Shown here: in pieces, positions 21,510 to 33,829 of the stretch
Layout of the letters: every line of letters starts with the position of its first letter
Numbering within the stretch: the first letter of the stretch is position 1
From: Conidiobolus incongruus B7586
Taxonomy: Eukaryota
Direction: 5' to 3'
Assembly (NCBI GenBank): GCA_000697335.1
Contig: JNEM01011698.1
Location: forward strand, 1-34,484
DNA: 34,484 nt
Program-made: the position numbers and the translations under genes
Notes under the pieces: model-generated
Databases searched by the model: none
What the model saw: only the letters and a program-made list of their open reading frames with translations
Told to the model about the DNA's origin: nothing

Positions 21510-22519
21510 TTTAATGAAATTTAAATGTGACTGTTATGAACAAGACTTAATTTATATTGGAAGAGTAATTCAAAGTTAGCCGGTTAAATTTTGAGTTTTA
21601 TCTTTATATATAACTTAATTGGAACCAAATTACAAATGGATTTTGAGAGAATTCCTAATTAAATAATAACTATGTAAAGATTGAAGATTTAACCGCGATA
21701 TTGAAACTTAGTACCAGGTTTAATATTTCAAATTAAATCATTTAAATTTTTCAATTTAGTATAAATAAATAATTCCATTACAAATAATTTGAAAATATAA
21801 ATAGAATTTATATCAATTATAGTTTATATATATATTACTAATTATATTATATCTCATATTTTTAATTAAGTCTAAAAAATTCTATATATACATCAACTGA
21901 TAAAATTATTAGAATTTCTGGGAATTTATGCATTTTATTTCTTGTTTGTTAAAATAATATTTTAATTTTATGAAAAAATTGATTTTATAAGTAGATAGAA
22001 ATAATTAGATAAATAATTTCGTAACCTTGTTCTGCCCTATATTTTACATAATATTATTGTCATAAACTGAATTATATTGATAAATAATCAATTTATATTG
22101 GTAATAATTTTTTATAACTAATACATTATTATTATATTTCAAAATTATGATTTTTAATTAAAATGATCCATTACTTTATAATTTAAATAATGGGAATTTT
22201 TGCAGTCAAAAAAACATTTTAATATATAATATATAAAAGTAAATATATAATATAAAATTAATACTCTCTTTTATTATTAATTGCTTTTTGCTTTATTTTT
22301 AGTAAACTTTTAACACTTAAAAAATAATTTTTTTATTAAAGACTAAAATTTAGTATTTTATAAATTAATTAAATTTTCCTATGGAAATTTTCCTTCTTAT
22401 AAGCCAGTTTTTTTTATTACCTAAAACACTTATAATCAAATAAGTTATAATCTAAGGAATATATCAGATATAGTAATGTTTTTGATTATTCTTAATAAGA
22501 AATTTTTTTATAGTTTATA

Positions 22520-23470
22520 TTTTAAAATCATTATTTAAAATAATAAGTTTTTTAAATTATATTGAAAATATTAATTAAAAATAATATAAAGTATATTATT
22601 AATTGATTTTTTTAAACTAAATAAAAATAACATAAGTTATTATAACTTATTATAATAACTAATATTTACTTATTAATAAAATATATATTTAAAAAATATA
22701 GAAAGGAAGTTAATTTAATTTAATATATTGATTTATATTTTAATAAAGGATTATATAAAAAATTTAAGATTTATTAGTTATAGTGAATTATTATATAAGC
22801 TTTAGTATATAGTTATACTTTAATAAATTTTATTTAATAATAGCTAATCTAACTTTTTTAAGTTATAATTAAATTATAAAGTATTTAGTAAGATCTATAT
22901 AAAATTAAGATTTCTAAATAAAATAATTAAAGTAAATATTAGTATATATTTATTTTTTATTAAATTTATAATGGCAATTTTATATATTATAAAAGCTAAT
23001 TTTTTTTAATATTAGATTTTATTAATAAAAAAGTAATTGAGTAATAATAAATAATTTGGTAATTATGAAATAAGTTAGCATTATTTGATTAAATAATAAT
23101 AATATAAATAATTAATATTACTAATAATATATTTTTATTAATTAATTAAAGTTGAAATTTTAATATATATAAAATACTTGTGAAACTAATATTTAAATAT
23201 CTTAACAATATTTTAACTAAAATAAAAAATATTTTTTAATATATTTTTTAACTATAATAATAATTAAAATGTTATAGTTGAAATTGGTTTTCTAAATTTT
23301 AATAAATTTAAGGTAGTTTTTTTCTTAACTTTATAATTTAATTAGTGATAAATAGTTGATTTAGATAATACTTTATTACCAAAAGCTGCTTATAAATTGT
23401 ATATAGTTTTAAAGGGTTAATGGTTAAATTTTAATAATACTATAATAAAAGACTTTTGATGATCATTATT
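22520..23470 (-). mobile_element. Hypermutated mariner-type (Tc1/mariner) transposase relic; ends approximate, TIRs not resolved
   Basis: Minus strand from 23461 reads HQKSFIIVLLKFNH*PFKTIYNL*AAFGNKVLSKSTIYH*LNYKVKKKTTLNLLKFRKPIST (cf. mariner L..AFGD..LSR.T.Y.W......GR..L.D.PRSGRP). Downstream it reads LNISFTSILYILKFQL (second HTH), LYNNSL at 22798-22781 (LHDNA.) and FLYFLNIYFIN within 22713-22672 (PPYSPDL.P.D). Most differences are explained by C->T/G->A changes. Confidence 0.7.
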
Positions 23471-23823
23471 TAGTTTAAGAATAATTAAGTTTAATATTAA
23501 ATTTTTTAATAAATTGTTATATATCAATATATAGATACTGTCTTAAACTATATATTCTCTTATTTATTATATATATAAATTAAATATCAAAACTATTAAT
23601 AAGCTGTAAAAATTAGAAATCAAGAAAGTTAGCATTTTTTGAAATTATATATTAGAGTTTTATTCTCAAAGTGAACTCTTTGATTATTAATTTTTTATTT
23701 ATTATTAAATTGAATTTATAATAAAATATTTTGATTATATTTTATAAAGGCGTAAAAAATAATAGAAGTGTATTCACATGAATTGATACAATATGCTGAT
23801 TTTAATATTCAAAATGAGTAGAT

Positions 23824-25302
23824 TTAAAATCTAGGGATAAAATTTAACTTAAGTTCAACAGGTCGATTCAATCCTAATCCTCGAATTCTAATTTTTTCAA
23901 AGTCTGGATTAGTTTCCCTAATATTTAAAGTGAATTTTTGTAATAACATGATCAAGAACACTTTTTGCTCCATTAAACTAAAATTCTGCCCAATGCATAT
24001 ACGGCTACCTCCGGCGAATGGCATATAAACATCGGTATCGTATTTTCCGTTTAAGAAGCGTTCAGGGTCAAATTTGTCAGGATTGGGGTAGATTTTGGGA
24101 TCGTGGTGAATTCCGTAAATTGATAAACCAATTACAGTTCCTTTGGAAACTACTATATTGTCTCCAGGGATTGCATAATCGTCGTTCAATATGCGGTTAA
24201 TCATACCAACTGGTGGAGAGATACGCATGACTTCTTTAATGAATAATCTCAAGTATTTCATGTTCTTGATTAATTCAAATGTTGGTACAATCATCTTTCT
24301 AGTATCTGGTTGAATATTTAAGGCATCATAGATTTCCTTTCTTAATTTATCTTGAACATGAGGATTCTTGGCCAAGTGATACATTGCGTAAGAGAGTGCG
24401 CTAGCGGTAGTATCATGACCAGCAACGAAGAACACGTTAATACTATGAATTAATTCTTCATCACTAAGATGATCATATTGGTTATCGTCAACTTCTCTCA
24501 GTAAAGTAGTTAACAAATCCTTGGAATCTTCAAATTTATTTTGTTTCAGTTCTCTTCTTCTTTGGTCAATTAAGTCCTGAATGAATTTATTGAATTCAGT
24601 AACAAAGCCATGAGCTTCAGCCATCTTTCCCATTGGATAGCGGTGTAAAAATGGGAAAAAGAAGTAGACAGGATTAAACACTTGCTTGAGAATTGAATGG
24701 TAGAGATTGTGATATCTAGAGGACCCTTTGGTTTTGACAGCTTCAAAGTCAACACTAAAGATTCCTTTACCAAGGACGTCTAAAGTCATCCATTGCATCA
24801 AGTCAAGGACAGCAACAGCTTGACCTTCATTTTGATTGATTCGGTCCATTAAAGTATTTAAAGCTTGTTCAGCATATGGTGCAAACATATCAGGCTTGAA
24901 ACTTTGGTGAAAGATGGGATTTGCGGGCTTTCTAAATCGTTTCCATTCTTCGCCATTACTGTTCACGATATTCTTAGTTCCCATAAATTTGGCAAAGAGT
25001 CCGTGAGCATCATTGAGTTGCTTGTGAAATACGTTGGTGTCGCGGAAGAATTGAGTAGCGATTTCTGGTTTGTTAAATATAACGATCCATTTTCCAATCC
25101 AAAACATGGTAACGTATCCTTTCTCCTTTAATCTGGGTCCTAATAATTTGTCAAAAAATTTGTCTAATGTGTCCTTTCTAAATATCGATTTCATGAATCC
25201 CCAAAAAGGAACTCTGGGGACCTTTTCCAAAGGTTTGGGTACTCGGAATAGATAAGTCAAATAAACAGCAAGAAACAAAGTAATTAAAATTAAAGGAAAC
25301 AT
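23824..25302 (-). CDS. Cytochrome P450, intact, intronless (492 aa)
   Basis: Membrane anchor, WKRFR, AGHDTT, EVMR, PERF and PFAGGSRICIG. Confidence 0.97.
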   Translation of the reverse strand: MFPLILITLFLAVYLTYLFRVPKPLEKVPRVPFWGFMKSIFRKDTLDKFFDKLLGPRLKEKGYVTMFWIGKWIVIFNKPEIATQFFRDTNVFHKQLNDAHGLFAKFMGTKNIVNSNGEEWKRFRKPANPIFHQSFKPDMFAPYAEQALNTLMDRINQNEGQAVAVLDLMQWMTLDVLGKGIFSVDFEAVKTKGSSRYHNLYHSILKQVFNPVYFFFPFLHRYPMGKMAEAHGFVTEFNKFIQDLIDQRRRELKQNKFEDSKDLLTTLLREVDDNQYDHLSDEELIHSINVFFVAGHDTTASALSYAMYHLAKNPHVQDKLRKEIYDALNIQPDTRKMIVPTFELIKNMKYLRLFIKEVMRISPPVGMINRILNDDYAIPGDNIVVSKGTVIGLSIYGIHHDPKIYPNPDKFDPERFLNGKYDTDVYMPFAGGSRICIGQNFSLMEQKVFLIMLLQKFTLNIRETNPDFEKIRIRGLGLNRPVELKLNFIPRF

Positions 25303-27216
25303 TGTAAATGAATTGATTTGAACTCTATACTATTCAATCCAACTCAATCAACCTATATATATATCAATTATTTCGGTCTTAGTTAAATCTATTTTTACCC
25401 ACGATTTTAAATCTTTAATCCGGATCTTCTGTCCAGTTATAAAATTTAGATTACTAAATTATTTACATAGATCATTTATTTACAATTATTGTTCCGAGTT
25501 TTGTTATATTTTATAATTTGAATAGTGCATTTTGCAATAATGAATAAAATCAGCTCTAATAATTTATACATTATAATTGCAATTAATGTCATTTAACATA
25601 AATATATATATATATATCGAAGTTGATTAATCTATTCAGATTCAGTAAATCAATATCAATATATCTGTAATGGCTGATATATTTTATTATCACTGAATAT
25701 ATCTCAATCTATTAATCACATTGACAATAATAAAAGGTGAATAATTGTGGTAAATCATTTTAATTCAAATGGATACATTTCATTACCCTAAAATAGTCAT
25801 GGGAAATCAATATCGGTTATTCAAAGAAATTTAGAGTGTGGAAAAATTAATTGGAACCGAACCAATGGATCATTGCTTGATTGGATACACAGACTAGATT
25901 TAAAAATTAGATTATAAACCATTTCAAATAATTGAATAATTTTTAAATACAAAAAAATCATTAAAAAATGATTAGAATAATTAAACAAATATCCATTTAA
26001 ATGAAATCTTTTTACCTTTTAATTAATTCTATTATTTTGTCATATACTATTGCAAATCTATATTCTTTTCTAAGTGAATTATCAAATTTATATTGTTTTA
26101 AATATAAAAAAATCAAAATATTATATTAAATAAATCTAATATATATTCGAAGAACAAATTATAAATTATTTATTGATGATTAATAAAAATTAGTAAAATT
26201 ACATATAACTCAATATATTTATTAGATGAATGATTATCTATATTTTCTGATACTATAGTTTCAAGAAATATATTATATTGGAATTTATCAATGGATTAAG
26301 TGGATAATAAAATAATTTTTTACTTTAAATTAACACAAAAATAGCTTTAGTATATTTGATAGTATATATCTATCATGTTATCAAATAAATAATGGTTTTT
26401 AATATTATTATTACTTTATTAGTTTTGATATAACTTTAATTCCAAGGTCTGTATTAATATCAATAAAATTGAAATTTTATTCAGATTGATAATTATAAAA
26501 CGACATATATATAAGTATTGTATTCTGAAATATTTTGGAGTACTATATATATTTTGGAGAATTGGCTTTGTTAAGAAATTGATCATAATATAAAAAATCA
26601 AATTCTATTATTAGAAATACACATGTTTAGTATTGAAAAATTGTTTTGAAAAATCCAACCATAGTCAAGATTCAATGTAATCCAATGTAAAATTTGACTG
26701 ATGATTATTCATATATGTTGGAAGTGAATCCTTCATAAGTATCATTAATACATCGTAGTAAAGGTTTTTGGATATCCACTCTTTAATTTTATGATTTGCC
26801 CAATGTATTTCTGGAAATTTTATATAATATTATGAAACCAATATTTCAAACTCTGCTACTTACTTAGTTCATTAAAAGATATTATTCTTTAGTATTTGAA
26901 ATAATATAATAAAAATGAAAGTGTACTGACTGAATGATAAATAGATATATTCTGATAAATCATCCTAATACTAGAGAATTAACATATTTCAATCTAATAT
27001 TCTCTTAGTTCCCGAGATCTAAAAAATGCAAGAATTTGAGTGTAAAATTATTTTTCGAGAAAAAAGCAATTATATAAATTAACTGAAATTGAATATATTC
27101 TAGCATATTAAATTGTATAAAAGAATTCTTCATTTTTAATAGAAAAAAATTCTTACACATAATACAATTCTATGTTCAAAATATTACCTATTAACAAATT
27201 CATTATTTTATTCGAT

Positions 27217-28680
27217 CTAAAATCTAAATAAATCCAATTTAAGATTCATAGATTTGCTCAGTCTCAACCCCTTGACCCTATATTTTCAAAATATGGATAG
27301 CTATATTCAATACCTATGGTGAACTTTTGCAACATCATTGCTAAGGGCACTAACCGTTATATTAAATTGAAATTATTATCAATATACACACTACTACCTC
27401 CTCTGAATGGAATGTACATATTCGTGTCATATTAAGAATTAAAAAATCTCTCTGAGTTAAACACTTCAGGATTGGGATAAATTTCGTGGACATGACGAAT
27501 ACCATAAACTAACATTCTAATTATGTACCTTCAGGGATAATTGCATCTCTTCCAGGGATGGTATAATATTGAATCAGTTTTCTGTTGAGTTTGTTGACTA
27601 AAGAGCTGACTCACATGACTTCTTTGATAACTAACCCCAGGCACACCTTATTCTAATCTATTATATTATGGGGACAACTACCAATCCAGTATCGAGGTTA
27701 ATATTTAAAGTGTTAAATAATTCCTTTTCTCAAATTTCCTTGAATGTAATGATTCAAGGACAAATGAGTCATTCTATTAGTGATGATATTAGAGCCAAGG
27801 TAATGATCGACAAAGAATACATATCCAAAATGTGCACTAATTATTTATCTGTGAGTTGATTGATTGGGTTATCTTGCACTTCCCTGGGCATAGTAGACAG
27901 TAAGTCACTGGAATCCTCAAATATTTTTAATGACATTCCCTCTTTCACAAATCAAAATCTATATAAATTTGTTATATTCGTCTACATGTAGTAAACATTC
28001 AGGGATCATTATCCAATTCGATAGCGGTTTAAAAATCATAACAAGGAGTGAAATGATTAAAAAATGGTTCTATAATTGAACGATAGTAATAATGTTTCTT
28101 ACTGCCTTTAATGATAATTGCTTTAAAATAGGCCCTGAATATACCATTATATGACATATTCAAAGAAAATAAATTAATCATATCACTAATAGAAACAGTC
28201 TGACTTTGACTTTCAACAACCCAATAGCTCAGAACATCCAAAGTATCTTTAATGCAAATAGCAAGGGGATCTGGATGGAACGCTTGATAAAGGGTAGGCT
28301 TTAAAGACTTACCCTATTGCTTTCAATCCTCACCATTTCTACTTGGAGTTCCAGATGTCCAAATAAACTTAGTGAAGAATGTGTGGACATCATTAAGTGG
28401 CTTGGTAAATAGATTATTATTGTTGATTTAGTACTTGACTACTTAAGGTTTATATACAATAACAGCCCAGCTCCTTATCAAATAATATACAGTATATCCT
28501 TTTCCCTTCAGAACTGATTTGAATACCTGGTCAAAATACTTTGTAAATAACCTCTTTGTAAATATCAACTTCATTAAACAAGCGAAAAATCCTTTTCTAA
28601 AGCCTCTCAAAACTTTTGGCAGGTTAATTCATTATGAAAATAATACAGGATTGATAAATTCATTATAAAGTCAAATACAT
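27217..28680 (-). pseudogene. Heavily decayed near-full-length cytochrome P450 pseudogene
   Basis: Minus-strand translation from the ATG at 28680 gives, across stops and frameshifts: KYFDQVFKSVLKGKGYTV..WAVIVYKP*, FTKPLNDVHTFFTKF, NGED*KQ, IYPNPEVFNSERFFNS*YDTNMYIPFRGGSSVYIDNNFNL (haem Cys now TAT at 27386-27384), LQKFTI and KLDLFRF* (TAG at 27219-27217). It spans about 1464 nt versus about 1479 nt for intact copies and is most similar to 23824-25302 and 31118-32595. Confidence 0.9.
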
Positions 28681-28685
28681 TGTTA

Positions 28686-28708
28686 TATTATTATTATTAT
28701 TATTATTA
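28686..28708. repeat. (TAT)n microsatellite, about 7 units
   Basis: tattattattattattattatta immediately upstream of the pseudogene ATG. Confidence 0.8.
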
Positions 28709-30338
28709 GTATTTTATTACATTAGCCACTTGATATTTATTTATAGCACTTTATTCTATTCAAGATTAATAAATAATAATAACATAAATTTAATATTGAT
28801 TATAATCCATTTATTTTAATCAATATTATTGTAAAATTTCAGTAATATTATAATTTACAAATTGAAATTTTGAAATTTTATTAAATTGATATTATATTGA
28901 GTATAAAATGATTATTATTGAATTTTAATTTTAATTTGATTTTTCTATAATATAGATATATATCAAAATATACTACCTAAATCTTTAATACATTAATACA
29001 TAAGAAAATATTTAGTCTTAGAAAATTATATCACTCATTTGAAGCTTTATATATTTTAATTTTGAATCTATTTAAAGTAAATTTGAAAATTTATTAAAAA
29101 ATATATATTGAAATGCCAAAAAATTATAAAACTATAATAAATATACTTAGTAAGTCAGCCCTGATAGATTAAATTCAATCAAAATGTATTTATTTACTAA
29201 CAAAGTTATTTTAAATATTCCTTTATAGTTAAAGATGATTAATTATTTTAAATATAATGAATTTTTTAAAGCCATATTTTATTTTATAAAATTAAAATAA
29301 TAGTCTTTGAAATATTACTTTTTTCATCAGTATTATTAATTAATAATTTTTCGAAAATATCAATATTTATTGAAGTAATGTAGAAAATGATAATAAACGT
29401 CTAATAAACAACTACTAATGTTGAAATTGATATAAAAATTAATTCTTTATGCTTATTTTTTATAATTTTTTTAATATCATCAGGTTATTATTAAAGTTTT
29501 TAAATCCATTCTCAGCTAAAGCTATGTTTTATTTAATTTAAAATTGATAATTTTAAAAATTTTTCAATGTTTATATCAGTTGTATCTTTTAATATATATT
29601 AGACTCTTTAACCAAATTTAATTGACTAATTTCTTCCTCAGATACTAAGATATTCAACCATATTTTTCTATATTCTTTGATGATAAATATATAAATTTAT
29701 TATTTATAATCCCAATTTTTTCTTAAAAAACAAACTAGATTATAAAATGACTAATATATTAATTTAATATGTGATAGGATAAAACCTTAAAGCCATCAAA
29801 GTTATTTAGGATTTATTAAATAATACAGACAAATTATTTAGCAAAAAAATATTATTATATATTTTCTTATTAATTACTATGAATTCGTAACTATTAGTTT
29901 AACTCATATTTTCAATAAAAACAAAATAATAAAAACATTACCAAATGACCTTAGATTAACAATCATATCTAAAATTAGAAATAATATTATATATTAAATT
30001 AAAATCAATATACCAATATATTGTCATTATATTTTATATAATATTTATTTCAAAATTAATTTAATCAATACAATAAGGATATGTATCAAAATAAAAAAAT
30101 ATATATAAAAACACAGGATATTATTGAATTCAATAATTTTAATTGTTATATTAAATATTAATATCTAAAATTAATATAAAATGTGATATTGAGTCAATCC
30201 ATATTTAATTTGAATCAAAATGATAAGTGGTTATATTATATAAAGTAATTTTATGTTTTACTTAAATAATTTTGAAAAAAAAGTATATTTTCTTACTCAG
30301 CCATATTTATATATCTCAACCCAAGGATTTTGATTTGA

Positions 30339-30387
30339 TTGACGCTATATTCCTATTATATTTAGAACAAACATTTTATAGCGTCAA
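30339..30387. repeat. 11-bp perfect inverted repeat with a 27-nt spacer
   Basis: TTGACGCTATA (30339-30349) and TATAGCGTCAA (30377-30387). Confidence 0.75.
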
Positions 30388-30510
30388 ATTGACAATTAAT
30401 ATATTCCATAATAATGATGTATTGGACTGTTCATAAATTTGTCATAAAAAATTGAATTTTTGGCAGTTATTGTTTATATTTGAAAGATTATTAATTAATA
30501 TTATGAGCAA

Positions 30511-30535
30511 ATATATATATATATATATATATATA
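30511..30535. repeat. (AT)n microsatellite, about 12 units
   Basis: Perfect AT dinucleotide run. Confidence 0.9.
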
Positions 30536-31117
30536 ATAAGTAAGGTTTGAAGATTTTTATGCCAACTTTATATTTCTATAAATTTTATACTATAATTTTT
30601 ATTGATAAATTATTGTTTTGTACCAACTATAGGATAATTCCTATGCTTTGATTAGCTATTTGTACATTAAACTAATATAAAATTATCAAAAATTTCAACA
30701 TATAATGTTTTTATACATAAATTTATATTAGGTCCAAAGCTGATATAACTTTGACATTGATAATATTTGAATATTATAAAAATAATTAATAAATCAAATA
30801 TTATTATATCTTAGACTAAAATCCATCAATTAGGTTAGAGTAATATTTTGGCACTTTAAATTATTAACGGACTGGGTTGAAATAGAATAAGTTTGTTTTT
30901 GATTGTTAAATATAATTCCTGAATTCATATAAAGAGAATATCAAATATTTTACCATTTCAAATCAACTTTAACATTAAGTAATATTAAATAAAAAGTTGA
31001 TATTAAAAACAATTTTCCAAAAATAGTTTATTTAAAGTGAAATCGATCTTTTAATATAAATTTTTAGTTAATTGATATATTTACTCGAGCTATTGTGATA
31101 CTGATGATTTTTGAATT

Positions 31118-32595
31118 TTAAATTCTAGGCACAAAATTCAATTTGAGATCCACAGGACGAGTCAATCCCAACCCTTTAAATCTGATCTTTTCAAAGTTAG
31201 GATTGTTTGTCTTGATATCAACAGTGAATTTTTGTAATAGCATGGTCAAATATACTTTCTGCCCCATTAAACTGAAATTGCTACCAATACACATGCGACT
31301 TCCCCCGCCGAATGGCATGTAGACATCGGTGTCATATTTGGCATTTAAGAATCTCTCGGGGTCGAATCGCTCAGGATTGGGGTAGATTTTGGGGTCATGT
31401 TGAATACTATAGATAGAAACGTTGGCTGTAGTTCCCTTTGGAATGATGACGTTATCACTTGGAATACGGTAATCCTCTGCCAATTGGCCAGAGATTTGAG
31501 CAACTGAGGGATTGTTGCGCATGACTTCTTTGATAAATAATCCCAAGTATTCCATCTCCTTGATTTGTTCAAATGTAGGTATAACCACTTTCATAGTTCC
31601 TGGTGGAATCTTAAGAATATCATAGATTTCCTTTCTCAACTTTTCTTGAGCCTGAGGATTCCTGGCTAAGTGGTACATTCCGTATGAAAGGGTGTTGGCG
31701 GTAGTATCGTGACCAGCAATGAAGAATACATTCAAGTTGTGAACTAATTCTTCATCAGTCTGAGGGTCTTCATGGTTATTTTGATTTTCTCTTAATAGAG
31801 TGGATATCAAGTCCTTTGAATCTTCAAATTTGCCATTTTTAAAATCATTTTTTCTTTGATCAATTAAATTTTGTATGAATTTGTTGAATTCGAGTACACT
31901 AGCATGTGCTTTAGCCATCTTTCCCATTGGATAGCGATGCAAATATGGCATAATGAAGTAGATGGGATTAACAAACTGTGAAATAATGGAGGAGTACAAT
32001 TTGTGGTACCTTGAAGATCCCTTACTCTTAACTGCTTCAAAATCTACACTAAAAATTCCTTTGCCTAACACATCCCAAGTCATCAACTCCATTAAATCAC
32101 TTACGGGAACAGGTTCGCCTTGGTTTTCATTGAGACGATCAGTCAAAGCCTCCAAAGTAGCTTGAATGCAAGGTGCAAAGAGTTCTGGATAGAAGGTTTG
32201 ATGAAAGATTGGATTAGCAGGCTTTCTATATCTCTTCCATTCGTCACCATTACTGTTTAAAATATTTGAAATTCCTAAGAATCTTCCAAATAGACCATGT
32301 GCATCAGGAATCGACTTTTGAAATTGATTGGTATTACGGAAGAGCTGCTTGACAATTTCTGGTTGAGATATTACAACATTCCATTTTCCGACCCAAAGCA
32401 TAGCAGTATACCCCTTCTCCTTCAATGCCGGACCTAATACTTTGCTGAAGTATTCGTCAGTTGTCCTAGAAGTGAAAATTGTTTTCATTAATCCGAAGAA
32501 TGAGACCCTGGGTAAACTTCTCAAATGTCTGGGTACTCTAAACAAGTAAGCAAAAAATCCTACTACAAATGCGGAGAATAAAATATTTGGAACAT
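31118..32595 (-). pseudogene. Cytochrome P450, probably a young pseudogene (5' frameshift); the ORF track's TTG start at 32605 is unlikely
   Basis: The ATG at 32595 (ATG TTC CAA ATA TTT T) is out of frame with the body. One extra T in the 4-T run (32580-32583) gives MFQIFLFSAFVVGFFAYLFRVP, register-identical to MFPLILITLFLAVYLTYLFRVP of 23824-25302, and a 492-aa product. It also carries R->G (ISGQL), E->G (SLMGQK) and L->W (MTWD) at positions conserved in the intact paralogues. Confidence 0.75.
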
Positions 32596-33792
32596 TATTA
32601 ATCAAGTAATTGCTATTGTTGTTACTATTGTTATAATTTCTGATATGCAGTTCAATCTAAGAAAATTATATTTTATACTAATTCTAAATCACTATATGGG
32701 TAAATTTATGACTTCCGAAAGTTAAGTCTAATTGATAAAAATAACACATTTGAGGATCAAATTTATTTTTAAGTATTCTTAACTTATTTGTGCATCAAAT
32801 TTGAAACATGATATAAAATATAAATGATATTCTTAATTTTATACAATCAATAAGAATGCATTTTCTTAGCTGTCTACCTATATTAATTAAATAAAAAATT
32901 ATATTACTTATAATATATAATAGATGATAGCATACGTTTAAATCAAATTCATAATTCATTTATATATAGACTTTAACAGATTGAAAGTAATAATTGTTTA
33001 TCATTAGTTGAAATTGAATAATATGAAATCTAATTTCAAATGAAAAATCAATTATAATTTTAACCTCTAAACTTAAGTGGATAATAATTATTTGATTGAA
33101 ATTGTTTTATAGGAAAAAACTTTTAACTAATAAAAATCAAATTTAAATTCCATTTTAACTCAATATATTAGATTTTATTAATTAAGTAAATATATTAAAC
33201 ATTATTTGAAATTTGTCTCTAATATATCATAATATAAATATTCGGATGCACAGTATCATATTACCTCAACTATTAATTTATAACTATCAAAATCTCCACT
33301 ATCATAATTATATTTTAAAAAATTGGCATTAATTTTTTAAAGATAATCTAAATTATTATAATGATTCACTTCTTAATTAGGATCACAAACAATTTGATCG
33401 GAATTGTTACATAGTTTAAGCAATCAAATATAAGAAATGTCACTAATAACTCGAATTTATTTTACTAAAACTTACATTAGCCAAGAATAACTAAGATTTA
33501 ATAACAATATATCAATTAATTGATTTATAAAAGAGTTCTGATAGTTTTGATAATATACAGATTCTCAGTTACAGTATCCTTAACACCATAATTATAATCA
33601 ATTGATTTATTAATAATATATTTTATAATTTCTTAATCAAAATCTGAGTTATACTTTTGCAAATCATAAATATATAATCTAGGATATTTGAAAACCTAAA
33701 CTCCATGATTTTAATAATTAGAAAAAATTTCTTGAATTGAAATTGACAATTTAGGGTTTTATATTTATTATAAATTAAAAAGAAATGTAATA

Positions 33793-33829
<37 letters not shown>
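33793..33829. repeat. (TAT)n microsatellite, about 12 units
   Basis: Perfect trinucleotide run. Confidence 0.9.

Noticed and set aside
22200..23700. Terminal inverted repeats for the mariner relic
   Set aside because: Only weak AT-rich matches that cannot be distinguished from background.
1401..32165. Short ORFs overlapping P450 genes (1401-1613, 2430-2624, 7983-8195, 8496-8699, 13938-14135, 17535-17717, 24018-25255 set, 31345-31572, 31962-32165)
   Set aside because: These are antisense or alternative-frame shadows of the GC-richer P450 coding sequence, with no independent motifs.
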